Part shown: piece by piece, positions 49,380 to 58,340 of the stretch | How positions within the stretch are numbered: position 1 is the stretch's first letter | Layout of the letters: every line of letters starts with the position of its first letter | Assembly: GCA_965202785.1 (NCBI GenBank) | Contig: OZ241855.1 | Coordinates: forward strand, 1,536,001-1,600,000 | Reading direction: 5' to 3' | DNA from: Thermodesulfobacteriota bacterium | GTDB taxonomy: Bacteria; Desulfobacterota_D; UBA1144; Nemesobacterales; Nemesobacteraceae | Length of the DNA: 64,000 nt | The notes under the pieces: model-generated | What the model saw: only the letters and a program-made list of their open reading frames with translations | The model's database searches: none | Told to the model about the DNA's origin: nothing | Program-made: the position numbers and the translations under genes

Positions 49380-50396
49380 ATGAGTGATGTACCAAGTGCC
49401 AGCGAAGTTGGTAATATCATGGACACCTTCAGTTCCATAGGACTAAGAAGGTCCATCAGGTGGTATGAACCGAATCAGACCGTTGAGAAGTGGAAGGTTC
49501 AGGCCATGCTGGAAGCTGCCAGGCTTTCTCCTACGGCAGGCAACTTCAATGGGCAAAGAGCAATAGTTGTATACAGGGATGAAGATCCGGAAATATGGGA
49601 GTTTATATCCGACTGGAGTCAGATCACAACGCAGATGGCTCCCGTGCTTATCTTCTGGTGCTATGACATGGGCAACTACGACACAATGGGTCAGTCTATC
49701 CACGACCTTCTAAGAACCGGAGCACTCGATAAGGCGCATGGCTGGGAATATGACAGGGTATCCAGACTGTTCCCGCTTCCTGCAATGCTTCCAGATGCGG
49801 TACTGCACCGGCTTGCCGCAATCGATCTTGGAAACGCGATACAGAATGCCTGTCTTGTTGCGACATCTTTGGGTCTCGGAACCTGTCTTAACGGTGCCAG
49901 CGGTGGAGCCAGAAGGAACACGAAAGCAAAATTCAATCTTCCGGACACTTACGTGTTCAGCTGGCTTATGACCGTCGGCTATCCCGCGGAGAGCATAGAC
50001 GGCGGCGGAGCGAGGAGCCGTCCCCCGTTTGAAACCATGTTCTTCGAAAAACAGGTCGGAAACCCGTTCGAGAGAAATCCCGAGGTAGTAAAGCTTCTTG
50101 AGGATCTGAATATGCTTCAGCCGGCAGGACCCCTTCCCGGAAGACTTGAGGAGATCAACAAGCTTACCAGACGTTTCGGTCTCGGAGACGAGTGGCTTAC
50201 GGACTGGCAGCTTGAAGGGTCCCAGCTTGGAGACCTTGCGGGAGACAAGAAACCTGCCCCCCTCAGTGCCGAGGAAATTCAGGCTACGGTCGCAGGTGCA
50301 TCCGCTGACCCCTCGGGCTTTACCCTCAAACCGACGGTAAAGCGGGAGGAGATCCAGAAGTACAGAGAGGCAAAAGGCATAGGAGATGCCGACTAG
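49380..50396 (+). CDS. Nitroreductase-family protein with long C-terminal extension
   Basis: RRSIRWY, AARLSPTAGN, ATSLGLGTC and TVGYP motifs; SD aggagg. Confidence 0.85.
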   Translation: MSDVPSASEVGNIMDTFSSIGLRRSIRWYEPNQTVEKWKVQAMLEAARLSPTAGNFNGQRAIVVYRDEDPEIWEFISDWSQITTQMAPVLIFWCYDMGNYDTMGQSIHDLLRTGALDKAHGWEYDRVSRLFPLPAMLPDAVLHRLAAIDLGNAIQNACLVATSLGLGTCLNGASGGARRNTKAKFNLPDTYVFSWLMTVGYPAESIDGGGARSRPPFETMFFEKQVGNPFERNPEVVKLLEDLNMLQPAGPLPGRLEEINKLTRRFGLGDEWLTDWQLEGSQLGDLAGDKKPAPLSAEEIQATVAGASADPSGFTLKPTVKREEIQKYREAKGIGDAD

Positions 50397-50429
50397 TTCT
50401 AAACAAAAAAAAACAAGGAGGTTTTGGTA

Positions 50430-50621
50430 ATGGCAGAGATAACGCTCAATATTCCAGATCCGATTCATGACAGAATAAAGAGAAGGGCCGAGCAAACCAA
50501 AAACAGCGACATTGGTATTATAATCGCTACTCTGGCTCTTACTTTCGGCGCTGCGTTTTATGACCATACAAAGTGGCTCCAGAATCTAGATGGAGTGGAC
50601 GACAAGTCCAAGCCCTGGTAA
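50430..50621 (+). CDS. Small hypothetical protein (RHH-like N-terminus plus hydrophobic helix)
   Basis: SD aggagg; lies between the nitroreductase and the terminator. Confidence 0.7.
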   Translation: MAEITLNIPDPIHDRIKRRAEQTKNSDIGIIIATLALTFGAAFYDHTKWLQNLDGVDDKSKPW

Positions 50622-50646
50622 GGTCACGGAAGTAAAAAACAGTTTG

Positions 50647-50687
50647 AAAAAAGGGGATGTTCGTGGAGACGGGCATCCCCTTTTTTT
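50647..50687. terminator. Intrinsic terminator
   Basis: aaaaaaggggatg...catccccttttttt. Confidence 0.8.
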
Positions 50688-50801
50688 CTCCGTCGTGGCA
50701 ACGAACGGGCATTAAGGGAAGAGAAAAGACAGTAAAAAGGCAAAAGGCGCAAACACGCCACAGAGCCGTTCCGTCCGGGCTGGATTCCGCTAACGACGCT
50801 T

Positions 50802-51068
50802 TTATTTCCACATCGCTCCAAAGGGAAGCAGCCAGAGACCTTCACCGAACGAACCGGCGATTTTTCCCGAATACAGAACGATGCCGACAAAGGGACGGTC
50901 CCCGGCAATTTTTTCCCTGAACCATCTCAGGTGCCGGAAGTCATTTCTCCCCGCCGTCGTACCTGTTTTCACCTCAACGCCCAGTATGGCACCGTCATCG
51001 CACTCAACGAGAAAGTCGATTTCTCGGCGATCCCGGTCGCGATAGTGGTAGAGCCTGTATTCACCGTT
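50802..51068 (-). pseudogene. C-terminal DUF4143 fragment of an AAA_14 ATPase gene
   Basis: Hand translation NGEYRLYHYRDRDRREIDFLVECDDGAILGVEVKTG..DFRHLRWF..FVGIVLYSG..LWLLPFGAMWK*. An in-frame TGA lies immediately upstream and there is no ATPase domain. Confidence 0.8.
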
Positions 51069-51266
51069 TCAGTCACCCTGATTTCAGCATTAAGAGTTCC
51101 GCTATTTTTATAATACAAGCTTCGCAGTTTTACCAATAAGAGCTTCGCAGTTTTTATAACAGAACTGGAATAATTTTATCAGTCATCAGATATTGACGAC
51201 ATTCGTACGGAACGGAGAGTGAAAAGACCGGCAGCCTAAAACCGGCAAAAGAAGAACTCAGACAGG

Positions 51267-53006
51267 CTAACCGTATAGACCTAGCGGCACAGGCCGCGCA
51301 GTATCTTCCGGCTTTTTTCTGAGGACGAAGTTCATGCCTTCCGGGTCAGCTTCGATTTGTTCAACTGATTTCTCTATATGAAGAAATAATCCTTTGAAAT
51401 CTCTACCGTTTTTCGCCGATACAAGCGGGGATCCGGGAAATGCCTCGCGAAGCGCCGCTTCTGTTTCTGCATCCGCTTGGTCAGTCTTGTTAAACACAAG
51501 AATGCTGGGAATATCCTCGTATTCCATGGATTTCAGTATTTTCGTTACCGACTCTATTTTCTCTCTGACATCGGGATTGCTCGCGTCGGCGACATGGATA
51601 AGCAGGTCGGCTTCCCCTATTTCTTCAAGCGTGGCTCGAAAGGCATTCAGGAGTTCACGGGGGAGCTTGCTTATAAAGCCCACCGTATCGGTCATAAGTA
51701 CCTGTTTTCCCCCTGGAAGCATGACTTTTCTTGTCGTGGGGTTGAGGGTTGAGAAAAGCTTGTTCTGGGTAACAACGGAGGATTTTGTCAGTCGATTAAA
51801 AAGCGTGGATTTGCCTACGTTCGTGTACCCGATAAAGGAAACAGTAGGGATTTTAGAAATTTTCCTGTTTTTTCTCGTGTGTTCCCGTCTTCTGCAGAGA
51901 CCGTCGATCTGTTTTTCGAGCTGTTCGATCTGTTTTCTTATGTTTCTTCTTTCCTGCTCGAGCTTCTTTTCTCCGGGACCTCTTGTGCCTATCCCGCCCC
52001 CCAGCTGGGAAAAAGCCGTTCCCTTGCCTTTAAGTCTCGGCAAATTGTATTGGAATTCGGCAAGCCTTGCCTGAATTTTTCCTTCGTTTGTCTTAGCGTG
52101 TTTTGCAAATATCTGTATTATCAGTTGGCTTCGGTCCATTATATCAAGACCGGACTCTTCCCCGATAGCATTTGCTTGGGCGGGGGTAAGTTCCGTGTCA
52201 AAAATGATGGTGTCGGCCCCAAGGTGTTTGGCGTGAAGGGCAATCTCCCTGAGTTTTCCTCTGCCGACGAGATAACGGGGATCAACGTTCTTTCTTATCT
52301 GAACCATCTTATCGAGCACTATCTTCTCTGCGGAGAGAGCCAGGGAATTGAGCTCCTCAAGAGATTTCTCGGCCAGGTAGCGAAACTTGGTGCCAAACCC
52401 CACAAGTATGACTCCCTCCCTGTTTTCCTTGCCCCCGTTCTTGAAAAAAGCGTTCCTTAGGGAGTGTTCTATGCCATTTATTTCCTGTTTGAGGTTGATA
52501 TTTATGCGGCCTACGTCGGAAAACTCTGAAATCTCCCACTTGGAGAGGTTTTCTCCGTCTGGTGGGACGAGATTCGCATATTCGAAACGTCCCGCTGAAT
52601 CGTTTTGGCCTGAAGACACCGAAGCTACCAGGTCGAGTCTTTCGTTTGCCAGGGTTGCCAGATCAGAATTCGTAAGACCGGATCCCTTGAGGTTGGTTCT
52701 TACGGCGCGAAACCCCCTGAGGCGGTATTTCGCTCTCCTCCTTCTTCCGAGCAGTTTTTCAAAGGGAAAATCGCAGGGCTCTCCGATGAAGACGAATCTT
52801 ACCTTGCCCTTGCGGTCGATAAATGCCGTTATGGTTTTTTGGAGTTCCTTCGAGAAGGCTAAGAGAGTACGGGTGAATTCAAGTGTTACAAGACGATCCT
52901 GAGGAATTTTCCTCTTGTATATTCTGAGCAGGTTCTTCAGGTCGCTTCTGGTGAGACCTGAGGTGTTTCCATGGATTCTGTCTATCTTTTGTCCCCCTTG
53001 AAGCAT
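51267..53006 (-). CDS. hflX: GTPase HflX, long form
   Basis: GIGTRGPGE, GYTNVGKST, DTVGF and NKTD motifs. Confidence 0.95.
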   Translation of the reverse strand: MLQGGQKIDRIHGNTSGLTRSDLKNLLRIYKRKIPQDRLVTLEFTRTLLAFSKELQKTITAFIDRKGKVRFVFIGEPCDFPFEKLLGRRRRAKYRLRGFRAVRTNLKGSGLTNSDLATLANERLDLVASVSSGQNDSAGRFEYANLVPPDGENLSKWEISEFSDVGRININLKQEINGIEHSLRNAFFKNGGKENREGVILVGFGTKFRYLAEKSLEELNSLALSAEKIVLDKMVQIRKNVDPRYLVGRGKLREIALHAKHLGADTIIFDTELTPAQANAIGEESGLDIMDRSQLIIQIFAKHAKTNEGKIQARLAEFQYNLPRLKGKGTAFSQLGGGIGTRGPGEKKLEQERRNIRKQIEQLEKQIDGLCRRREHTRKNRKISKIPTVSFIGYTNVGKSTLFNRLTKSSVVTQNKLFSTLNPTTRKVMLPGGKQVLMTDTVGFISKLPRELLNAFRATLEEIGEADLLIHVADASNPDVREKIESVTKILKSMEYEDIPSILVFNKTDQADAETEAALREAFPGSPLVSAKNGRDFKGLFLHIEKSVEQIEADPEGMNFVLRKKPEDTARPVPLGLYG

Positions 53007-53155
53007 ATATTATTATATCGAGCAAAGAATTTGAAGCGTTTTCAGCGAAGAATGAGAAAAAACTTGCCGATTTGCCGATTTTTCAACACTTAAAACGGCA
53101 AAGTTTTTTTGTCCGCGGACTCCAGGCAGAAAGCGGGAAGTCGGGGTAATACGCA

Positions 53156-53629
53156 GTGGAAATGGGAAAAGAGCTATGGATTGCCGAGTTCTACGAAAAG
53201 GAAAAGGTCCCGGCTGACTCGGATAAAACATGCGAAGAAAGGGAGAAGGTCTCGGATTTTCTCCGCCGCGGCTTTGAGACCTGCGTTGAGTCTTTGAATG
53301 AAGAACATGGCCAAGACGCAATCAGCGTAATTGCTTCGCCTCGGGGTTTTATGCATGCGGTTTTTGATGCTGATGTAGAGACTGGAGGTTTTTTGCTGCT
53401 TTTCGGAACCTCGAAACTGGTAATGGTGTTTTGCGGGGATGGAAACGCCGTTACGTTTGTCGGGAGAAAAATCGATTCCGGTTCCCAAGGCCAGAAGAAA
53501 AACTTAAAGCTTCTCGGGGCAGTCTGGGAAGAGGCAGAAGACGGAAAATATCTTTTCCGGGACAGTACGGGAGTGGAGATTGAAATCCGCGAACTTATCC
53601 TGCGGATAATCCGTTGGGGTACGGGCTAA
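53156..53629 (+). CDS. Hypothetical protein
   Basis: 157-aa ORF with protein-like composition; no motif recognised. Confidence 0.6.
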   Translation: MEMGKELWIAEFYEKEKVPADSDKTCEEREKVSDFLRRGFETCVESLNEEHGQDAISVIASPRGFMHAVFDADVETGGFLLLFGTSKLVMVFCGDGNAVTFVGRKIDSGSQGQKKNLKLLGAVWEEAEDGKYLFRDSTGVEIEIRELILRIIRWGTG

Positions 53630-53742
53630 GGAGTAAGGACGATGTGCGTCAGAAAGGCGATGACCATTATGAGTCCTATGAGCAGCGGTACGCCAAGGAT
53701 GTAGTGAAACCCTTCTTTTTCGTGCGGTTCGAGATCAAACAT
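53626..53742 (-). CDS. Small single-TM membrane protein, 38 aa, absent from the ORF track
   Basis: MFDLEPHEKEGFHYILGVPLLIGLIMVIAFLTHIVLTP*. Promoter TTGCAA-17-TATTCT lies 9 nt upstream; the stop overlaps the convergent gene's stop. Confidence 0.55.
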   Translation of the reverse strand: MFDLEPHEKEGFHYILGVPLLIGLIMVIAFLTHIVLTP

Positions 53743-53825
53743 TACGGCGCAAGAATAACCTATGCTTTTTGTCATTGCAAAGATTTATTGAAGAGGTCCT
53801 GAAACTTTGTTAGATTGTTACGGTA

Positions 53826-54722
53826 ATGATTGAATATGTAACACCTTTTTTCCGCCCTCCAAGCGAGCACAAAAGCTTCATTCTGCAGGCCACCGTCGGC
53901 TGTTCCCATAACAAGTGCACCTATTGCGCCATGTACAGAAAGGAAACCCAGAAGTTCAGGGTAAGGACTATGGGCGAAATAAAAGAAATTATTGATGCCG
54001 CGGCAAAGAGCGGTTTACTTGAACGAAGAGTTTTCATCGCGGACGGCAACGCGCTTGTACTCTCCACGGCTAAGCTGATGGAGATAATGGATTATCTACA
54101 TGAAAAAGCCCCGGATCTTGAAAGGATCACCATGTACGCGAACATAGGGGACATACTCAGGAAATCAGTTGAAGACCTCTCGCGTCTCCGGGAAAACGGC
54201 CTCAGCATGGTCTACATAGGTTTTGAGAGCGGAGACGATGTGGTTCTCGAGAGAATAGAGAAGGGAGCGAATTTTGCCGAGACAGTTGAAGCCTCAAGAA
54301 AACTTAAGGCTTCAGGGATAATGAACTCGGTCATGGTGCTTCTCGGCATCGGCGGGAAGGACAGGAGCAGTGAACACGCCCTGGCTACCGGGAAGCTTCT
54401 TACCGAGTGTGACCCGGAGTATGTCGGGGCTCTTTCTCTCCAGCTCCGTCCCGGGGCACCGATTTACGAGCAATGGCAGGAAGGCCTGTTTGAGCTTCCG
54501 GACAAGTTCCAGATGATAGAGGAGCTTGAGACTATTGTTGAGAATACGGAGCTTTCCGACGGCTATTTCTACTCGAATCACATATCAAATTACCTTCCCG
54601 TCAGGGCGAAATTCCCCGAGGAAAAAAACAGAGTTCTTGAAGAGATAAAAGAAGTGTTAAAGACAAGAGACGAAGCTTTCCTTCGTCCAGATTACTACAG
54701 AGACGTGGTTAACCAGTACTGA
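53826..54722 (+). CDS. Radical SAM protein
   Basis: RPPSE..GCSHNKCTYC, YIGFESG and SNHISNY motifs. Confidence 0.9.
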   Translation: MIEYVTPFFRPPSEHKSFILQATVGCSHNKCTYCAMYRKETQKFRVRTMGEIKEIIDAAAKSGLLERRVFIADGNALVLSTAKLMEIMDYLHEKAPDLERITMYANIGDILRKSVEDLSRLRENGLSMVYIGFESGDDVVLERIEKGANFAETVEASRKLKASGIMNSVMVLLGIGGKDRSSEHALATGKLLTECDPEYVGALSLQLRPGAPIYEQWQEGLFELPDKFQMIEELETIVENTELSDGYFYSNHISNYLPVRAKFPEEKNRVLEEIKEVLKTRDEAFLRPDYYRDVVNQY

Positions 54723-54744
54723 AAAAAAACTCAAGGAGGCTAAA

Positions 54745-55677
54745 ATGGGAAAAATTGCAACAACTTCACCGGTTTGGGGATGCAGTGTGAGTGACCTTAG
54801 AGCACTTGCAGGAATTACTGAAGAAGCGGGTTTTGACGGTATCTTCTCTCCCGAGGTACCGCCTTACAACGCCATAACGAACGCTCAGGTGTTTGCGGAG
54901 TGCACCGAGAGGGTAAATGTCGGAACGTGGATAGCCAATATATACATGCGCCAGCCTGTAATGGCTACCGCGACTGCGCTTACGATACAGGAAATAACCG
55001 GGGGAAGGATGATTCTCGGACTCGGAGTCAGCCACAAGCCCGTTAACAACAGATACGACATAGACATGGGAGACCCGATTGAGGCGATGAGGGACTATGT
55101 CGGGGAAGTGAGGGCCTTTGCCGACGGAACGTCTCCCAGGCTTTCTCTTAAAAGACCAACTGATCTCCCAGTCCATATAGCGGGACTTACCAAGGCCGCA
55201 GCGGAGCTTGCCGGAGAGGTCGCCGACGGCATAATGCCGTATCTATGCCCTCCCGCTTATATCGCTACCTTAAAAGAGCATGTTGCCGCGGGTGCCGCGA
55301 AAGCGGAAAGGGATTCCTCAACCATATCAATTACAAACGGCATTCCGTCCTTTGTCTCGGATGATGGAGCCGCGGCCGTCGCCGCAGCCAAAAGAGGGCT
55401 CGGTCCATACGCCAGGTTTCCTTTTTACCAGAGACTCATAAGGAACATAGGTTTCGGGGATATAATCGACCAGGTGCAGGACGGAGCGAATCCGGCCGAA
55501 GTTTTCACGGACGAACTGATAGATTCAGTAGCGCTTGCCGGTACGCCCGATGACTGCAAGAAAAAGCTTGAGGAGCATTTCGCAGCTGGAGTCGATCTTG
55601 CAATATTGGTTCCCGGACCAGTAGGAAAACAAAGTAATATAGAGGTAATGGAGATAACAGCTAAAGCGTATTCTTAA
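54745..55677 (+). CDS. LLM-class flavin/F420-dependent oxidoreductase
   Basis: EEAGFDG, GGRMILGLGVSH and LAGEVADG motifs. Confidence 0.88.
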   Translation: MGKIATTSPVWGCSVSDLRALAGITEEAGFDGIFSPEVPPYNAITNAQVFAECTERVNVGTWIANIYMRQPVMATATALTIQEITGGRMILGLGVSHKPVNNRYDIDMGDPIEAMRDYVGEVRAFADGTSPRLSLKRPTDLPVHIAGLTKAAAELAGEVADGIMPYLCPPAYIATLKEHVAAGAAKAERDSSTISITNGIPSFVSDDGAAAVAAAKRGLGPYARFPFYQRLIRNIGFGDIIDQVQDGANPAEVFTDELIDSVALAGTPDDCKKKLEEHFAAGVDLAILVPGPVGKQSNIEVMEITAKAYS

Positions 55678-55690
55678 GTTTTTCACAGAT

Positions 55691-55730
55691 CAAAAGAGCG
55701 GAAGATAATCAAATGCTTTCCGCTCTTTTG
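55691..55730. terminator. Intrinsic terminator
   Basis: caaaagagcggaa...ttccgctcttttg. Confidence 0.75.
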
Positions 55731-55882
55731 CTTTTCCGTCACCTGTATTTCTTTCAGCAATCAATCGTTTTTTCAGGGCCCGCCGCAGAAATTTGAATTT
55801 TTTCACGTGCGCGGTTGTGAACAAAATTTTAGGAAAGTATAATTAGGGCAATTTTATTCTCTTTGCTTCGGTCCGCCTGAAC

Positions 55883-57442
55883 GTGAGTCTCGATAATAAC
55901 ATTTTGTCACTGCTCATATTTTTTCCCCTTCTGGGAGCTGTCGTGCTCGCGGTTCTGCCGTATTTCGAGAAAGTTTCCGATTACCAGTTAAAAGCGGTTG
56001 CGTTTGTAATAACCCTGGTAGAATTCCTGATATCCCTTCCTCTTTTTTTCCGCTTTAACGGTTCGCTTTCCACGATGCAGTTTGAAGAGAAGATTCCCTG
56101 GCTTACGGATCTCGGGGTGTCTTATCATCTGGGAGTCGACGGTCTTAGCCTTTTGCTCGTGCTTCTAACGACCTTTCTTTTTCCGATCACGGTTCTTTGC
56201 TCCTGGAACGCGATAAGAGGCGGATGGAGAGCGTTTCTTTGCCTTACTCTTTTTCTTGAATCGGCGCTAATCGGGACCTTCGCCGCGCTGGACATGATTC
56301 TCTTCTTTATATTCTGGGAAGCGGTACTGATTCCCATGTATTTCATCATAGGAATCTGGGGATCCTCCAGAAGAATTTACGCGGCAATAAAGTTCTTCAT
56401 CTACACTGCTCTTGGAAGCGGACTCATGCTGGTCGCGATCATCTACATGTACTACGCACACATAGACCAGTTCGGCTTTGCGTCAATGAACCTTTTTGAT
56501 CTCCAGAGGACCAGTCTTGCTTTTGACGGCATACTGAGTCCCCAGGGGCTTGTGTTTCTGGCGTTTTTCCTGGCCTTCGCAATCAAGGTTCCGATGTTTC
56601 CATTTCACACCTGGCTCCCCGACGCGCACGTTGAGGCCCCCACGCCCGGAAGCGTAATACTTGCCGGCGTTCTGCTTAAGATGGGAACCTACGCGGTGAT
56701 AAGATTTCTCATTCCGTTTTTCCCCGAAGCGATAGATGCGTACACCGGTGTTCTCATAGCCCTGTCGATCACCGGGATAATCTACGGAGCGATGGTGGCC
56801 TTCATGCAGACGGATCTCAAGAAGCTGGTCGCCTATTCAAGCGTAAGTCACATGGGGCTTATAATGCTGGGAGTGTTCGTCTTCAATCTCCACGGCGTAC
56901 AGGGCGGTGTCTACCAGATGATAGGTCACGGTCTCTCAACCGGAGCTCTGTTTATTCTCGTCGGAATGATATACGAAAGACGTCACACTAAAATGATTTC
57001 CGAGTTCGGCGGACTCGCGAAGGTAATGCCGATCTACGCGCTGTTTTTCATGATTGCCATGCTCTCTTCGATAGGGCTTCCTCTCCTAAACGGCTTCATA
57101 GGGGAATTTCTGATTCTGCTTGGAGTGTTCGCGGAGAGTTACTGGTACGCGGCGCTTGGAGCTACGGGGCTTGTCCTCGGAGCCGTTTACATGCTCTGGG
57201 CATACCAAAGGGTGATGTTCGGACCTATAGTAAAGAAAATAAACGCGGGGCTTGCGGATCTTAATCCCAGAGAGATAGCCCTCATGATTCCTCTTGCCAT
57301 TATGATATTTCTCATGGGGATCTACCCGCAGCCTTTTCTCTCAAAAATGGAACCTACGATAACAAGAATGGTAGACGGAACTCGGCAGGAAGCTTTCCGC
57401 GCGGACGCCGCAGTACCCGAGATCCGGAAAAACAGGCCTTAG
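55883..57442 (+). CDS. nuoM: NADH-quinone oxidoreductase subunit M (stand-alone)
   Basis: FFIFWE..PMY, KVPMFPFHTWLPDAHVEAPT, LLKMG and KKLVAYSSVSHMG motifs. Confidence 0.93.
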   Translation: MSLDNNILSLLIFFPLLGAVVLAVLPYFEKVSDYQLKAVAFVITLVEFLISLPLFFRFNGSLSTMQFEEKIPWLTDLGVSYHLGVDGLSLLLVLLTTFLFPITVLCSWNAIRGGWRAFLCLTLFLESALIGTFAALDMILFFIFWEAVLIPMYFIIGIWGSSRRIYAAIKFFIYTALGSGLMLVAIIYMYYAHIDQFGFASMNLFDLQRTSLAFDGILSPQGLVFLAFFLAFAIKVPMFPFHTWLPDAHVEAPTPGSVILAGVLLKMGTYAVIRFLIPFFPEAIDAYTGVLIALSITGIIYGAMVAFMQTDLKKLVAYSSVSHMGLIMLGVFVFNLHGVQGGVYQMIGHGLSTGALFILVGMIYERRHTKMISEFGGLAKVMPIYALFFMIAMLSSIGLPLLNGFIGEFLILLGVFAESYWYAALGATGLVLGAVYMLWAYQRVMFGPIVKKINAGLADLNPREIALMIPLAIMIFLMGIYPQPFLSKMEPTITRMVDGTRQEAFRADAAVPEIRKNRP

Positions 57443-57492
57443 GGTTATGGCCGTCTCTCAGGTAAAGCTGGTTGCCAGCCTGATCAGAACCG

Positions 57493-57915
57493 ATGTCTTT
57501 TAAAAAGCTCATAACGAAAAAAGTCGAGTTTTCCGCTTCTCACAGGTACTGGAACAAAGACTGGAGCGAGGAGAAAAACCGCGAATTCTACGGTAAATCA
57601 AGCCTGCCCGGCGGACACGGGCATAATTTCATGCTTGAAGTCACTGTGGAAGGAGAGATAAACCCGGAGACGGGCATGATAATCAATCTCTTTGATCTCA
57701 AGCAGATCGTTTCATCGGTTCTGGCTGATTTCGACCACAAGAACCTAAACGAGGACAATCCCCGTTTTCAGGACCTTATACCGACGACGGAGAACATAGC
57801 CAAGATTCTGTGGGAGGTAATTGAAGAGAAAATCATTGAAAGAGATGATTGTCGCCTTTACAAAATAAGGGTGTATGAAACAGACGATCTTTTCGTCGAC
57901 TACCGCAAATGCTAG
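57493..57915 (+). CDS. 6-pyruvoyl-tetrahydropterin synthase-like protein, copy A (no catalytic Cys)
   Basis: FSASHR, GHGHN, DHKNL, TTENIA and YET motifs; GKSS in place of GKC. Confidence 0.9.
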   Translation: MSFKKLITKKVEFSASHRYWNKDWSEEKNREFYGKSSLPGGHGHNFMLEVTVEGEINPETGMIINLFDLKQIVSSVLADFDHKNLNEDNPRFQDLIPTTENIAKILWEVIEEKIIERDDCRLYKIRVYETDDLFVDYRKC

Positions 57916-58340
57916 AGAGAAAAGAACAGGTAATTCTTACGAGAGTATTCAGGTTTTCCGCAAGCCACAGGCTTTTTATGGAAGGATTGTCCGAAGAAGA
58001 GAACTTCGCCATATTTGACAAATGCGCAAATCCCGCAGGACACGGACACGACTACACGGTGGAAGTGGGAATAAGGGGAGAAATAGACGGCGAAACGGGT
58101 ATGGTCATAAACCGCGTCGATTTTGAAAAACGGGCAGTCCCCATAATCGAAGAACTCAACTATAAGTGGATAGACAGGGATATCAATTTCTTTGAGGAAA
58201 ACATATCGACTGTTGAGAATATAGGAAAATACCTGTGGCAGAAATTCACGGAAATCATCCCGGACAGGCTTGATAGTATAAAGATATGGGAAAACCCGAA
58301 AAGTTATTTTGAGTATTTCGAGGAAAAACAAGATGGATGA
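57909..58340 (+). CDS. 6-pyruvoyl-tetrahydropterin synthase-like protein, copy B (no Asp-His)
   Basis: FSASHRL, KCANPAGHGHDY, STVENI and WEN motifs; LNYKWI in place of LDHKNL. Confidence 0.9.
   Translation: MLERKEQVILTRVFRFSASHRLFMEGLSEEENFAIFDKCANPAGHGHDYTVEVGIRGEIDGETGMVINRVDFEKRAVPIIEELNYKWIDRDINFFEENISTVENIGKYLWQKFTEIIPDRLDSIKIWENPKSYFEYFEEKQDG

Noticed and set aside
50931-51113. Plus-strand 60-aa ORF and neighbouring short ORFs 50624..50920
   Set aside because: Better explained as the antisense or alternate frames of the DUF4143 fragment and the terminator.
51118-51154. Direct repeat as a mini-CRISPR
   Set aside because: Only two 14-bp copies 9 nt apart and no cas genes.
53626-53742. 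Call as a light-harvesting antenna beta chain
   Set aside because: His spacing is 20 rather than 18, there is no WRPW tail and no photosynthesis genes are in the window.
53614-53802. Plus-strand 62-aa ORF
   Set aside because: It is antisense to the better-supported 38-aa TM ORF and runs over the divergent promoter region.
57493-58340. Labelling the PTPS genes queD
   Set aside because: They have the longer animal-type loop rather than the short Cx3HGH QueD pattern, and no que genes are adjacent.
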